Origin: Candidatus Woesearchaeota archaeon
GTDB lineage: Archaea; Nanobdellota; Nanobdellia; Woesearchaeales; UBA10216
Reading direction: 5' to 3'
NCBI GenBank assembly: GCA_016188145.1
Contig: JACPIJ010000068.1
Span: forward strand, 1-42,278
Length of the DNA stretch: 42,278 bases
Shown here: positions 1 to 8,790 of the stretch, piece by piece
Layout of the letters: every line of letters starts with the position of its first letter
How positions within the stretch are numbered: position 1 is the stretch's first letter
The notes under the pieces: model-generated
Seen by the model: only the letters and a program-made list of their open reading frames with translations
Told to the model about the DNA's origin: nothing
Databases searched by the model: none
Made by a program: the position numbers and the translations under genes

Positions 1-2
1 AG

Positions 3-233
3 AAAAGGTACACCAAGAGGGTTGTCAGTGAGGAAGTAAACACGCTGCTTGAAGGCAGGTTCGGGGTTTTGGATGATTCGATAGGGACAGGCTCTTCAAC
101 TCAGAGGGGCAAGCCAGAATCAGCGCTGCCGAAGTTACTGCCTGATGAACTGGTGAAAAGCCTTGACCCAAAGAACCCGGCCTATTCAATGCTTATGGAG
201 GCAGTGAAAAGCTACAATGGGGAGAGGCGGTGA
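3..233 (+). CDS. 3' end of an upstream gene (partial; hypothetical protein)
   Basis: Frame 3 is open from the window edge to TGA at 231-233 (...KSLDPKNPAYSMLMEAVKSYNGERR*). It ends 21 nt before the next ORF. No motif recognised. Confidence 0.4.
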   Translation, partial: KRYTKRVVSEEVNTLLEGRFGVLDDSIGTGSSTQRGKPESALPKLLPDELVKSLDPKNPAYSMLMEAVKSYNGERR

Positions 234-254
234 GCCAAGATTACACTTGACAGC

Positions 255-1109
255 TTGGCACGGGAAGCCGTGCAGTACTTGGACAAGGGCATTCTGCCTT
301 TGAAGGTAGAGGCGATAGACGCATTCCTTGGCAGAGCTGAAAGAACACACCGCAGTGCTACACGATTTAACCCAACTTTGCCATTTACATACCATGACGA
401 GCATGGAGTTAGCCATAAAGTTCAGCCAGAGTACGGATACGGCTGCAATCAATTCCCTGACGAAAGGGTAAGGCAGCTGTACGGGGCTGACGTAAGCTGG
501 GTGCCTGTTGTCGGACTGAATCCTAAAGAGAGGCACATAGCTCAACTTCCCATAACTGTTTATGGCACATGCCTGTACATAATGGATCATGATCATTGGA
601 ACAACCTTGCGCCTTTATCAATAATGTTCACGCCACGTAATCATCCACTTAGTAGTAAGTTCATTTCACACGAAAGAGTTCACGGCGTGAGAGACAGACC
701 TTTCCTCTCAGATGATGGTCTTCTTCACACCGAATTTTATGCGTATGCGGCATGTGGCAATGTTGCGAGCATACTTTTTGGCGCTGATGCCCTTGGACAC
801 CAGCTTAACCTAAACCCAGGCATTTTGACTTTAGGGGCACAAATCATGTCGCAAAGCCTCCGAAGTGTGCTGGCCTATTTTGATTTCAAAAAAACGCTGA
901 AAAATGCCGAAATGGCGCTGAGTGAAGAATTTGGCACCCGAGGAGCGCGGTACGTTATTGGAAGGGCGTCTTTTGGGGAAGCAAAGGAGATTGCAGGATG
1001 CAAAAACAGCAGGGGACTGGAAGAGCTGCTGCAGAATAAGGCAGGCGATGGGGCAGGCGATGGTTTACGATGGGAGCTTCTCCAACAAAAATTGGAGGCG
1101 GTGGACTGA
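255..1109 (+). CDS. Hypothetical protein with an HExxH motif (HERVH); first complete gene of the cassette
   Basis: 284-aa ORF from a TTG start. No early in-frame ATG exists, so the start is uncertain. HERVH is encoded at 669-683. The stop lies 1 nt before the next ATG. Confidence 0.55.
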   Translation: MAREAVQYLDKGILPLKVEAIDAFLGRAERTHRSATRFNPTLPFTYHDEHGVSHKVQPEYGYGCNQFPDERVRQLYGADVSWVPVVGLNPKERHIAQLPITVYGTCLYIMDHDHWNNLAPLSIMFTPRNHPLSSKFISHERVHGVRDRPFLSDDGLLHTEFYAYAACGNVASILFGADALGHQLNLNPGILTLGAQIMSQSLRSVLAYFDFKKTLKNAEMALSEEFGTRGARYVIGRASFGEAKEIAGCKNSRGLEELLQNKAGDGAGDGLRWELLQQKLEAVD

Positions 1110-1110
1110 A

Positions 1111-1923
1111 ATGGTTAATGAACATAATGGGGGCGGCGGTTATGATCCCTCTTTTGGCGGCGGTGTTGGCCCGGGCGGTATTCCTTTCGGTGATGATTCT
1201 AGGGATTCAGGCGGCAGCGATGATCCTGGCGGCGATGGCGGTCAGGGCGACTATGATCCCGGACAGCATAGTCAGGATAGCGGTGGCTGGCCTAGCTGGC
1301 TTGGCTGGTGGCCAGCCTTCCTAAGTTTACTTGTCACCGAAGATAAAGGCAATCAGGGAAAAAGGGAAGGAGCATCGAGCAGCGGCGGTCCGAGGCGAAG
1401 AGGATTTTACAGCGGCCACATGAGTTACGGCAGAGTTCATGTTGATTCTGGCGATTTGGAATACGCGATTGACGAGTCTTACAGAGGTGTCGGCGCAGTT
1501 ACGCTGAAGACGATTTCAAACGGCATCACTCTGGCCTTGTCAGATGACGGGAAAGTGTATGTGAGCGGATTCATAAGTCGTGAGCCTGAAATCAGGGCAG
1601 GCCGCCTGTTCATTGATGGCTTACGGGGAATCCTGAAATTGCCTAAAAACAAGGAAAGCCTCACGCTTGAAGCCAATCTCACCTCTGGAGATGTCCGTGG
1701 CGCTATCGCTCACAGCGGCAGAATCGCTACAGTATCTGGCGGCATTAATCTGGAGTTGTATGCGCCACTTGCACTTGAGGCAAGTGTTGTCAATGGCGAA
1801 GTTTCTGTTATAGGAATGATGTCTGAAGGCAGGGGCGTCTACAGCCCGCCTAATGCGCAACCGAAGGGAAAACTTTCTCTTCAAACTACATCTGGCGACA
1901 TTAACGTGAGGTATATGCTATAA
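1111..1923 (+). CDS. Gly/Asp-rich protein with a C-terminal DUF4097-like (putative adhesin) beta-solenoid domain
   Basis: ATG at 1111 directly follows the previous stop at 1107-1109, so the track ORF starting at 922 is an overlapping extension. The C-terminus has repeated xSGDVx / SGGINL / NGEVSV / TSGDINV strands. It is clearly paralogous to the C-terminus of the J-domain protein (3545-4801). Confidence 0.65.
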   Translation: MVNEHNGGGGYDPSFGGGVGPGGIPFGDDSRDSGGSDDPGGDGGQGDYDPGQHSQDSGGWPSWLGWWPAFLSLLVTEDKGNQGKREGASSSGGPRRRGFYSGHMSYGRVHVDSGDLEYAIDESYRGVGAVTLKTISNGITLALSDDGKVYVSGFISREPEIRAGRLFIDGLRGILKLPKNKESLTLEANLTSGDVRGAIAHSGRIATVSGGINLELYAPLALEASVVNGEVSVIGMMSEGRGVYSPPNAQPKGKLSLQTTSGDINVRYML

Positions 1924-1934
1924 GGTGAAATGAA

Positions 1935-3539
1935 ATGAACATTTTAAGCAAGCTGCCGATTGGAATGGGAAATCAAAGGTACGAGCCGAACTTTCACGTG
2001 GAAGTGAGAGGACTTGACAGGATTGTTGAGAAGGCTGTTTCAGGCTTAGAAGCCGGCTCAGAAGGTGAGTACAGTCTGGGAAGGGCAGCAATGGCCCAGT
2101 CTCCAGTGCAGGAAGTCGGGGTAGTGCTGAAGCCCTCAAAGAGTGGGGTTTACGGTTATGCGGTTAATGCTTCAAAGAAGCTTATGACGCAAGTTACGGG
2201 CTTTGTTCCCTCTTACACCTTGGAAGCAGTTATAGACGTTGATGGCAGCAGGCCATACCTACATGCCGACCTGAAAGCGTTAGAAGAAGCAGGCTTCCGT
2301 GTTGTTGGCAACAGAAAAAGTGACGCTCTCCTTCACATTTTCAATGACAAACTTTTTGGGGGAGGTAGGCATGCGGAATATTCTGCAAAACCGCAAAGTG
2401 CAACGCTCACATATTCAGCCAAGGCAGAAAACCATACCACAGAAGAAGTAGGCAGGGCGATAACAGGCTTTGCCCAACTGCTTGAGCTCATAGTCAATGG
2501 CGCCTACAAGGCAGCAGGAAAAAGCCCCCCTGACACAACGCTCAACTTCGAGCTTGGCGAAAAAATCAGCAGGGTAAAGGGGCAGAAAATCCAGCCAGTC
2601 AGCAGCCAAAATGGCGGGCACAGCGATGCATACGCTAAGAAGGCTGACGGAGCTGACGAAGATAACTTTACCCAGGCTTTGCAGCCAGCAAAAAGCGATG
2701 TAACGTTCAAAGACATTGGCGGCTACCGAAATGTAAAGGGGCAGCTTAGTGATTTCCTTCTTGCAATAAAAAACCCGCAGGAAGCCAGGAGGCAAGGCTA
2801 CACGCCATCAAAAGGCATTCTGCTGCATGGACCGCCCGGGACAGGCAAAACGTTGTTTGGCAAAGCGCTGGCGGGTGAGTTAGGAACAGAGTTCATCTAC
2901 TACAACGCCTCTGACATGCTGCAGAAGTATGTGGGGGACTCTCCAAAGGCGCTGAAAGCAGCTTTTGAGGGAGCGCAGCAGATAGCCGACAAGACAAAAA
3001 AACCCGTCATCCTGTTTATTGACGAGATTGACTCGGCATTCCCGCAAAGGGGAACTGCCCATGACGTTAAGATCGATCTAGTCAACCTCTTCAACCAATA
3101 TATGGACGGCTTTGAAAGCAGGAGGATTCCGAACGTGTGGGTAGTCGGAGCAACCAACAGGCTACGTGAAATGGACGAAAGCGCAACCCGCGCAGGGCGA
3201 TTCGAAAAGATTGAAGTTCCGCTTCCTGACCTGGAAGCAAGGACAGCCATATTCCAAGTTACGAAGGACTCCCTTCAAAGGGAAGCAGGAACGCAGCTGT
3301 TTGAGCCAGCGATAGACTACGCTACGCTGGCAAAGGCTGCTGAAAAATTCTCAGGGGCAGACATTGCTGATGTAATGAGGGAAGCAAGGCAAAAAGCATT
3401 CAGGCAGGCGGCAGTTTCCGGCCAAAAGAATGTTGTGCCTACAACAGCTGCACAGCTTGAAGAAGAAATAGCAGCTTACAAGCAGCAACAGAAGCGTGAC
3501 GGCAAAAGCAAAAATACACTTGGCTTCAAAAAGGACTGA
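1935..3539 (+). CDS. Classic-clade AAA ATPase (single Cdc48/FtsH/Vps4-like AAA module) with a unique ~270-aa N-terminal domain
   Basis: Walker A is GPPGTGKT (2829-2852) and Walker B is ILFIDEIDS. The second region of homology is VVGATNRLREMDESATRAGRFEKIEV. A GGTGA Shine-Dalgarno-like sequence sits upstream of the ATG. Confidence 0.9.
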   Translation: MNILSKLPIGMGNQRYEPNFHVEVRGLDRIVEKAVSGLEAGSEGEYSLGRAAMAQSPVQEVGVVLKPSKSGVYGYAVNASKKLMTQVTGFVPSYTLEAVIDVDGSRPYLHADLKALEEAGFRVVGNRKSDALLHIFNDKLFGGGRHAEYSAKPQSATLTYSAKAENHTTEEVGRAITGFAQLLELIVNGAYKAAGKSPPDTTLNFELGEKISRVKGQKIQPVSSQNGGHSDAYAKKADGADEDNFTQALQPAKSDVTFKDIGGYRNVKGQLSDFLLAIKNPQEARRQGYTPSKGILLHGPPGTGKTLFGKALAGELGTEFIYYNASDMLQKYVGDSPKALKAAFEGAQQIADKTKKPVILFIDEIDSAFPQRGTAHDVKIDLVNLFNQYMDGFESRRIPNVWVVGATNRLREMDESATRAGRFEKIEVPLPDLEARTAIFQVTKDSLQREAGTQLFEPAIDYATLAKAAEKFSGADIADVMREARQKAFRQAAVSGQKNVVPTTAAQLEEEIAAYKQQQKRDGKSKNTLGFKKD

Positions 3540-3544
3540 TAAAA

Positions 3545-4801
3545 ATGGCATTTGACCCAAGGCAGCAAAGGAAATTTGAAGAGCTTCAGGCAAGACTCCG
3601 GAAGAGCTACGGCAGCGGGAGTCTGTACGATGCGCTTGGGGTTAAGCCTGGCGCAACTGAGGATGAAATCACAAAGCGGTATAGGAAAATGGCGTTTGAA
3701 TTTCATCCTGACCGCAACAAGGCTCCAGATGCCGAGCAGAGGTTCAAGGACCTGCAGGCAATTAATAATATCTTATCAAAACCGGAAGAAAGGGCAAGCT
3801 ACGATGCGTGGCTTGCAACGGCAGGAGGGGCAGGAGCTGGCTCAACCGGGCAGCCTGGTGCCAAGCAATGGTCGCAGCATCACAGTAATCAGGGGGCTGG
3901 CGCTTTTGGAAGCAGCAGCCACAGCACTGGCAGCAGCGATAGCAGAAGCGGCGTTTATGTCAACGGCGTTGAGTTGCCGAAAGAGTTTGCCGGAAGACGG
4001 ACGGTTATCATAAACGGCGGGCGTCAGGTAATAATCTCCTATGGCGGAACAAAATATGCGGAGGTCAACGGCGGTGTTCATGTCCATGACATGCCTCCTG
4101 GCGGAAAGATAAAATTTGACGGCTTGACCATAGAATACCAAAGCTCTGGAAGCGGCAGCCAGCCTCATGTGAGGGTTTCCAAAGGCGGGATTTTCAGCAG
4201 GCAGGAGATTGTAACGAGCGGTGGTGGCGTAATCAACATAGGTAATGGCGGTTCTGTTGTTATGGGAGGAGTCCACAGTTCAGGAAGCTCTTGGCATGGT
4301 GGCGGCGGATTTTATGGAAGCGGCCTTGAAACAGAGATAAACCGGGCATACGATAACATCAGCGCAGTTTCTGTGACGCATGGCGATGGCGACATACGAT
4401 TCGGATTTTCCAAAGATAGAAGGGTGTATGTCAAAGGAAATGTTTCAGAGAAACCTCTGGTTTCTGATGGAAAGCTTGCAGTTGCCGGCCTGGATGGCAT
4501 CCTGGAACTTCTGCTGCCGAAAGAAAGGGAGCTAAACTTGTCAGTTCTTACGGGGGATGGCGCGTTACGCGGCGACATCGCTCACCAAGGCAGAATAGCA
4601 ACAGGCGATGGCCCAATCAGCCTTAACCTGCACTCGCCGCTTGAGCTGCAGCTGAGAACAGGATATGGCCTTGTTAACGTTTCAAACATGATAAGCAGGG
4701 GAGGAGGAATCTACTCGCCGCCAAACCAGAAAAGCACGGGAAAGCTTGAAGTGAAGACAGGAGACGGCAGCATAAGCATCAACTACGTTGGAAGGGCTTA
4801 G
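3545..4801 (+). CDS. J-domain (DnaJ N-terminal domain) protein with a Gly/Ser-rich linker and a DUF4097-like beta-solenoid C-terminus
   Basis: The N-terminus reads LYDALGVKPGATEDEITKRYRKMAFEFHPDRNKAPDAEQRFKDLQAINNILSKPEERASYD, with HPD encoded at 3704-3712. There is no Zn-finger or DnaJ C-terminal domain. The C-terminus is paralogous to gene 1111-1923. Confidence 0.9.
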   Translation: MAFDPRQQRKFEELQARLRKSYGSGSLYDALGVKPGATEDEITKRYRKMAFEFHPDRNKAPDAEQRFKDLQAINNILSKPEERASYDAWLATAGGAGAGSTGQPGAKQWSQHHSNQGAGAFGSSSHSTGSSDSRSGVYVNGVELPKEFAGRRTVIINGGRQVIISYGGTKYAEVNGGVHVHDMPPGGKIKFDGLTIEYQSSGSGSQPHVRVSKGGIFSRQEIVTSGGGVINIGNGGSVVMGGVHSSGSSWHGGGGFYGSGLETEINRAYDNISAVSVTHGDGDIRFGFSKDRRVYVKGNVSEKPLVSDGKLAVAGLDGILELLLPKERELNLSVLTGDGALRGDIAHQGRIATGDGPISLNLHSPLELQLRTGYGLVNVSNMISRGGGIYSPPNQKSTGKLEVKTGDGSISINYVGRA

Positions 4802-4807
4802 ATAAAA

Positions 4808-6694
4808 ATGGGACAGGCAACCGCTGAAAACGCTGAAAAAACAAATGAGAAAACAGAAGCATCACCGCACATACTGGAAGAGCTGGTAAAGGCAGCCCCA
4901 GGAGCGGGCTTTGAAGAGAAAGAGCAGGCTTTGCATTCTACGCTGCTGCTGGCTTTTTACCGCGCAGCACAGGCTGTTGTTTCGAAAGAAGTAATAATTC
5001 CCATGTTCTTTGGAGTTAGTTACAATAATAATACCAGGCAGATTAAGTTCGTAAATCATGGGGGAACTGCGCCAGTGCAGAGCAAGGGCAGAACTGACGT
5101 AAACGGGCTTGACCTGATTATTTCTGCAACTTTAAGAGGTGGGATGCCCCTGCTTCTTGAAGGCGACACAGGAACAGGAAAGACGCTCATTACAGAGAAG
5201 TACTTGGCAACCATTCTTGAAAGGGAAAACTATGTCACGATGACCCTGAGCCAGAACCAGTTTGCAAACAACCCGCTGCAGCCGTTCACTAAGAAAGACC
5301 CTAACGACGTTACAAAGACGCATATTGACAAGGATGCGCTGCGAAGAATAGCTGCTCTGTTTGTTGACGAGCTCAACAGAGGGCAAACGCAAACCCTTCT
5401 CCAGTTGGCTTACGGAAGAATAAACGTTGGCGGGGAGTTTGACGAAGTGGCCATACCAGTTCCAGAACTAACCCCTAATGGCGTTGACTACTCCGAAAAA
5501 GGCAGGGTAAAGAAGCTTTTGTTCATAGGCGCCCAGAACCCTTCGCAGCAGAAGGACGCGACATTCACAGGCACTATGCAGCTCGACCCAGCCCTTTCAA
5601 ACAGGCTGCTGACTGTTGAGTTTCCGATTTTGACAAAAAGCGCTGGCGCCTCTATAATGGTGGTTGAAAGCGGCAACGGCTTGCATGACAAGTTTTTGGA
5701 AAGCGTTGCGCAGTATCTGGAAAAGTCTTTTGGCGCCAAGGTTGACAGGGACAGGCTCAAGGAGCAATGGCTGTCAACTTATGCATATGTTGCCGACCCA
5801 AAGAGGACTGACAAGGCTTTCTTGCGCTCCTCATTGGAGCTTGCTGACATGCTGGCAGTTGCCCTCGCAGGCGATGTAGCAAGCACATACGAGCAAGAAC
5901 AGAAAATGATTGCAAACTGGGACGCTTACATATCACACATATCACCGACCCTCAGGACAAATTTCTCGCTTGGCCAAACAAAGATAGACGCCACAGACGA
6001 GGCCGTGCAGCGCTTGGAAGAGGTGGTTGGAACGTTTGAAAAAACCGCAATGCCAAGGGACTTGATAAAGATAAAGAATGTAGCTGATATATTCTCAACC
6101 ATCAGAGGCATCAAAACAGCCTTCGCGGCACAAAACCCTGCACAAACTTACGTAAAAAAGTCTGGCTACGTGACTGTTGAAGACATTGCAGCTGCCTCAA
6201 CGCTTGTTGCCAAGAGCAAGCAGTTCAAGGCGACGGCAGACCCCATAATCATAGTGAACTCAATCCTTACAGAATATACTGCGCTGGCGGAAGAAGCTAC
6301 CGCAGGGATCACGGGCAGGCAGATACCGTTTGACAGCAATGACTACGAAGCAGGAATACTGAACTACACCTTCGGACACGCTTGGGAATCAGCAAGTAAC
6401 CATAAGGGCCTGGTGCAAAAACTAAGTGAATACGCTGTTATGCTGAAAAGCTTGCAAACAGGCACAGGAGCTAACGAGCTCAGGCGCTTAATAGTCGCAA
6501 GAACAGTTGGGGATTTGGCAACATTGAGCGGTTTCCTGATTGACAACGCAGCAGATGTTGACTCATTGCTTGGCAAGGCAAAAGGCGATGTCGGCGCAGC
6601 CTTTGCAGGACTAAAGCAAATGTACGAAGAACAGCGCGAAAACCCGCTGATGCCAGAAATTTACAAGCACAGGCTTGAGAAAATGCTTTCATGA
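4808..6694 (+). CDS. MoxR-class AAA+ ATPase (AAA_3/AAA_5-like)
   Basis: Walker A is GDTGTGKT (5162-5185). Walker B and sensor read FVDELNRGQTQTLLQLAYGR. The downstream segment IGAQNPSQQ...GTMQLDPALSNRLL matches the MoxR pattern DEiNR...AtqNP...LpeAqlDRF. Confidence 0.85.
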   Translation: MGQATAENAEKTNEKTEASPHILEELVKAAPGAGFEEKEQALHSTLLLAFYRAAQAVVSKEVIIPMFFGVSYNNNTRQIKFVNHGGTAPVQSKGRTDVNGLDLIISATLRGGMPLLLEGDTGTGKTLITEKYLATILERENYVTMTLSQNQFANNPLQPFTKKDPNDVTKTHIDKDALRRIAALFVDELNRGQTQTLLQLAYGRINVGGEFDEVAIPVPELTPNGVDYSEKGRVKKLLFIGAQNPSQQKDATFTGTMQLDPALSNRLLTVEFPILTKSAGASIMVVESGNGLHDKFLESVAQYLEKSFGAKVDRDRLKEQWLSTYAYVADPKRTDKAFLRSSLELADMLAVALAGDVASTYEQEQKMIANWDAYISHISPTLRTNFSLGQTKIDATDEAVQRLEEVVGTFEKTAMPRDLIKIKNVADIFSTIRGIKTAFAAQNPAQTYVKKSGYVTVEDIAAASTLVAKSKQFKATADPIIIVNSILTEYTALAEEATAGITGRQIPFDSNDYEAGILNYTFGHAWESASNHKGLVQKLSEYAVMLKSLQTGTGANELRRLIVARTVGDLATLSGFLIDNAADVDSLLGKAKGDVGAAFAGLKQMYEEQRENPLMPEIYKHRLEKMLS

Positions 6695-7755
6695 TGGCGA
6701 ACAATATGGAACCTGGAAAATCTGGTGGCAGAAAAGATGAGGACGTTGGCACAGGAGGGCCAAGATTAGTTAGAGTTAGCAGAACAATAAGGCCGGATAA
6801 GAAAGGCTGGGAAAAAATACTGGGGAAAACGCCTGGCGAAGCCCATGCTCAAGGTGGAAATGATGCCGGGCAAGAAGGCCAGCCCAACGCTCCAGCGCAA
6901 GAACAGCCCTCCCCTTCCGAAGCATCGCCTTCAACTGCGCCAGCTGCGAATTTGGCAAACTTAACTAGGTCCAATTACCCCATCCAGTTCAGAACTGACG
7001 TAATAGAGCACCTTTACGAAATGCTGAAGGGCAAAGGGCTTCCGAACCTGCTAAGCATTCAAGCACTCTCGCAGCCTTTCCAGAACGTTGAAGAGCCGCT
7101 TGCGTATGCGCATGCAACGCTTCTTGAAAACATGTTCGGCCCAGAAGGCTTTGACATCACTAACTCAGCAGGAAAGTTCCCAACAGACGAGTATAGGTGC
7201 TTTTCCTCCCTTCAGGCTAACCCTGTCAGTTTAGCGAAGGTCAGAAATTACGTAACAGCCCTGTTAGGGCATGAAGCTCTTATGGAACTATCAGCCTCGC
7301 AAATAGCAGAAGCCGGGCTGGAATCAATGATTGAAATAGGAAGCCTGCCAAAATACTTTCCCAACTCGCGCGGCCTAAAATTCGCAGAAATGTTCAAAAG
7401 CCGTGTCTCGTGCAAAGAGCCCTTCAACTCAGCATACTTCATCGTAATGGAGATGCAGCCGCCAAGCACAAGGCTGCTAGTTGCCAAAGCACTTGAAGCC
7501 GCTTATGCAGACGGAAGCCTGGCAGCTCCTGCGCTGCAAACTTTTCCAACAGACACTTTTGATTACTTTTTTTTCTGCTTAAAGTTAACTCCAAGGGTGG
7601 AAAGAAGCCGAGCTTATCTTAAGATTCCTAACCAGGCCCTGCAAAGGGAAGCGCAAAAGCTTGGCGTCAATGATACGGCACCTCATGCTGCTGCTTATGA
7701 AAAAGCCTGGGGCAGCCTGGTTGAGAGGCTGCATGAAAAATTGATAGGTCTGTAA
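6691..7755 (+). CDS. Hypothetical protein, paralog A (P/Q/A-rich N-terminus, conserved C-terminal domain)
   Basis: Its ATG overlaps the MoxR stop (ATGA at 6691-6694). It is paralogous to 7769-8785, with shared blocks EEPxAYAHAxLL and IVMxMQPPSTRLLVAKAxEA. Confidence 0.7.
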   Translation: MMANNMEPGKSGGRKDEDVGTGGPRLVRVSRTIRPDKKGWEKILGKTPGEAHAQGGNDAGQEGQPNAPAQEQPSPSEASPSTAPAANLANLTRSNYPIQFRTDVIEHLYEMLKGKGLPNLLSIQALSQPFQNVEEPLAYAHATLLENMFGPEGFDITNSAGKFPTDEYRCFSSLQANPVSLAKVRNYVTALLGHEALMELSASQIAEAGLESMIEIGSLPKYFPNSRGLKFAEMFKSRVSCKEPFNSAYFIVMEMQPPSTRLLVAKALEAAYADGSLAAPALQTFPTDTFDYFFFCLKLTPRVERSRAYLKIPNQALQREAQKLGVNDTAPHAAAYEKAWGSLVERLHEKLIGL

Positions 7756-7768
7756 AGGAAAGGCGAGC

Positions 7769-8785
7769 ATGATGGCTGAGAGAACAATAAAACCGGACTG
7801 GGGAAAGGTGCTTGGGAAAGGTCCGCAACCTTTGAAAAAGCCGCAAGAGGCGGGGCAAGATGCTGGGCAGCAGGGGCAGCAGGCCCAAACTTTGCCAGCT
7901 ACGCATGAAGATGCAGTGACTGCTGCGGCTTCGGTGGCAACGGACTACCCGCTGCAATTAGTGATTGACGTGGCCTCGCACTTGTATAGCTTGCTGAAGG
8001 GTAAAAGCCTTCCAGCCCCACAAGCGGTTCAGGACATTGCGCAAGTTATCAAAACTTTTGAAGAGCCCACGGCTTACGCGCACGCAATCCTGCTGGTTGA
8101 AAAGTTAGGGATAGAAAGCTTTACCATAAGCAACAGCGTAGTTAAACTGCCAAATGATTTGCAAGATTCACAGCGAAAGAAAAAACAAAAGACGCCTTTG
8201 CAGGACTATTTTAGGGTAGTTTCCGGGACATTTGCAAATTCAGTCACAGCTGAAAAAGCCCGAGTATACGTGGCTGCGCTGTTTGGGCCAGACGCCCTTA
8301 ATGCGCATCCGGCTAATTACCTGGCACAAGCCAGCTTAGAAACTAAACTTGCGCTGTCAAGCCTGCCACAACTCCTTCCCCACATGCCAGAAACAGGTTT
8401 TCTGCAAATGTTCCAAAAGCCTCTGCACTCAGGGCCTTTTAACTCCGAATACTACATTGTCATGGCGATGCAGCCGCCAAGCACAAGGCTGCTAGTTGCC
8501 AAAGCGATTGAAGCCACTTCCGGAAGCCAAAATTTACCAGCGTCCCCGCCCGAGATTTTCCCGAATGACAAATTTGGCACGGATTACCTGCCTGTTGCAG
8601 AGAATAGACATTTTGACAATGAGTTCCATTCAAAAGTTTCATTAGACGCCCTAAAAAGTGAAGGGAAAAAGCTTGGTATAAAGGACACGAACAAACCTGT
8701 AGAAAGCTACCGTGCTGCGTGGGAAAAGTTACACTACCAATTTCAGACAGCACCTTACAGCTCACCAGTAGACATTCAAGGGTGA
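7769..8785 (+). CDS. Hypothetical protein, paralog B
   Basis: It starts 13 nt after the previous stop and is preceded by AGGAAAGG. It is paralogous to 6691-7755. Confidence 0.7.
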   Translation: MMAERTIKPDWGKVLGKGPQPLKKPQEAGQDAGQQGQQAQTLPATHEDAVTAAASVATDYPLQLVIDVASHLYSLLKGKSLPAPQAVQDIAQVIKTFEEPTAYAHAILLVEKLGIESFTISNSVVKLPNDLQDSQRKKKQKTPLQDYFRVVSGTFANSVTAEKARVYVAALFGPDALNAHPANYLAQASLETKLALSSLPQLLPHMPETGFLQMFQKPLHSGPFNSEYYIVMAMQPPSTRLLVAKAIEATSGSQNLPASPPEIFPNDKFGTDYLPVAENRHFDNEFHSKVSLDALKSEGKKLGIKDTNKPVESYRAAWEKLHYQFQTAPYSSPVDIQG

Positions 8786-8790
8786 AGCCG

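Noticed and set aside
922-1110. N-terminal 63-aa extension of the 333-aa ORF overlapping gene B
   Set aside because: An ATG at 1111 sits 1 nt after gene B's stop, matching the tight coupling seen through the cassette. The extension lies wholly inside gene B in another frame.
1070-1324. 84-aa strongly hydrophobic alternative-frame ORF (MGASPTKIGGGGLKWLMNIMGAAVMIPLLAAVLARAVF...) overlapping the Gly-rich start of gene C
   Set aside because: A Gly-codon-rich region (GGC/GGT) read out of frame automatically gives Ala/Val/Met-rich strings. Its Ala codons are almost all GCG, unlike the rest of the window. The gene C frame runs uninterrupted into the conserved beta-solenoid domain and parallels the Gly-rich linker of its paralog. 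A tiny membrane peptide cannot be fully excluded.
3552-4276. Alternative-frame and antisense ORFs (153 aa +, 144 aa -) inside the J-protein gene
   Set aside because: They lie entirely within a CDS that has a clear J-domain and a conserved C-terminal domain. They arise from the Gly/Ser-rich low-complexity region.
8719-8790. GTG-initiated 24-aa extension of the VWA gene
   Set aside because: It overlaps the end of gene H. An ATG at 8791 lies 5 nt after H's stop.
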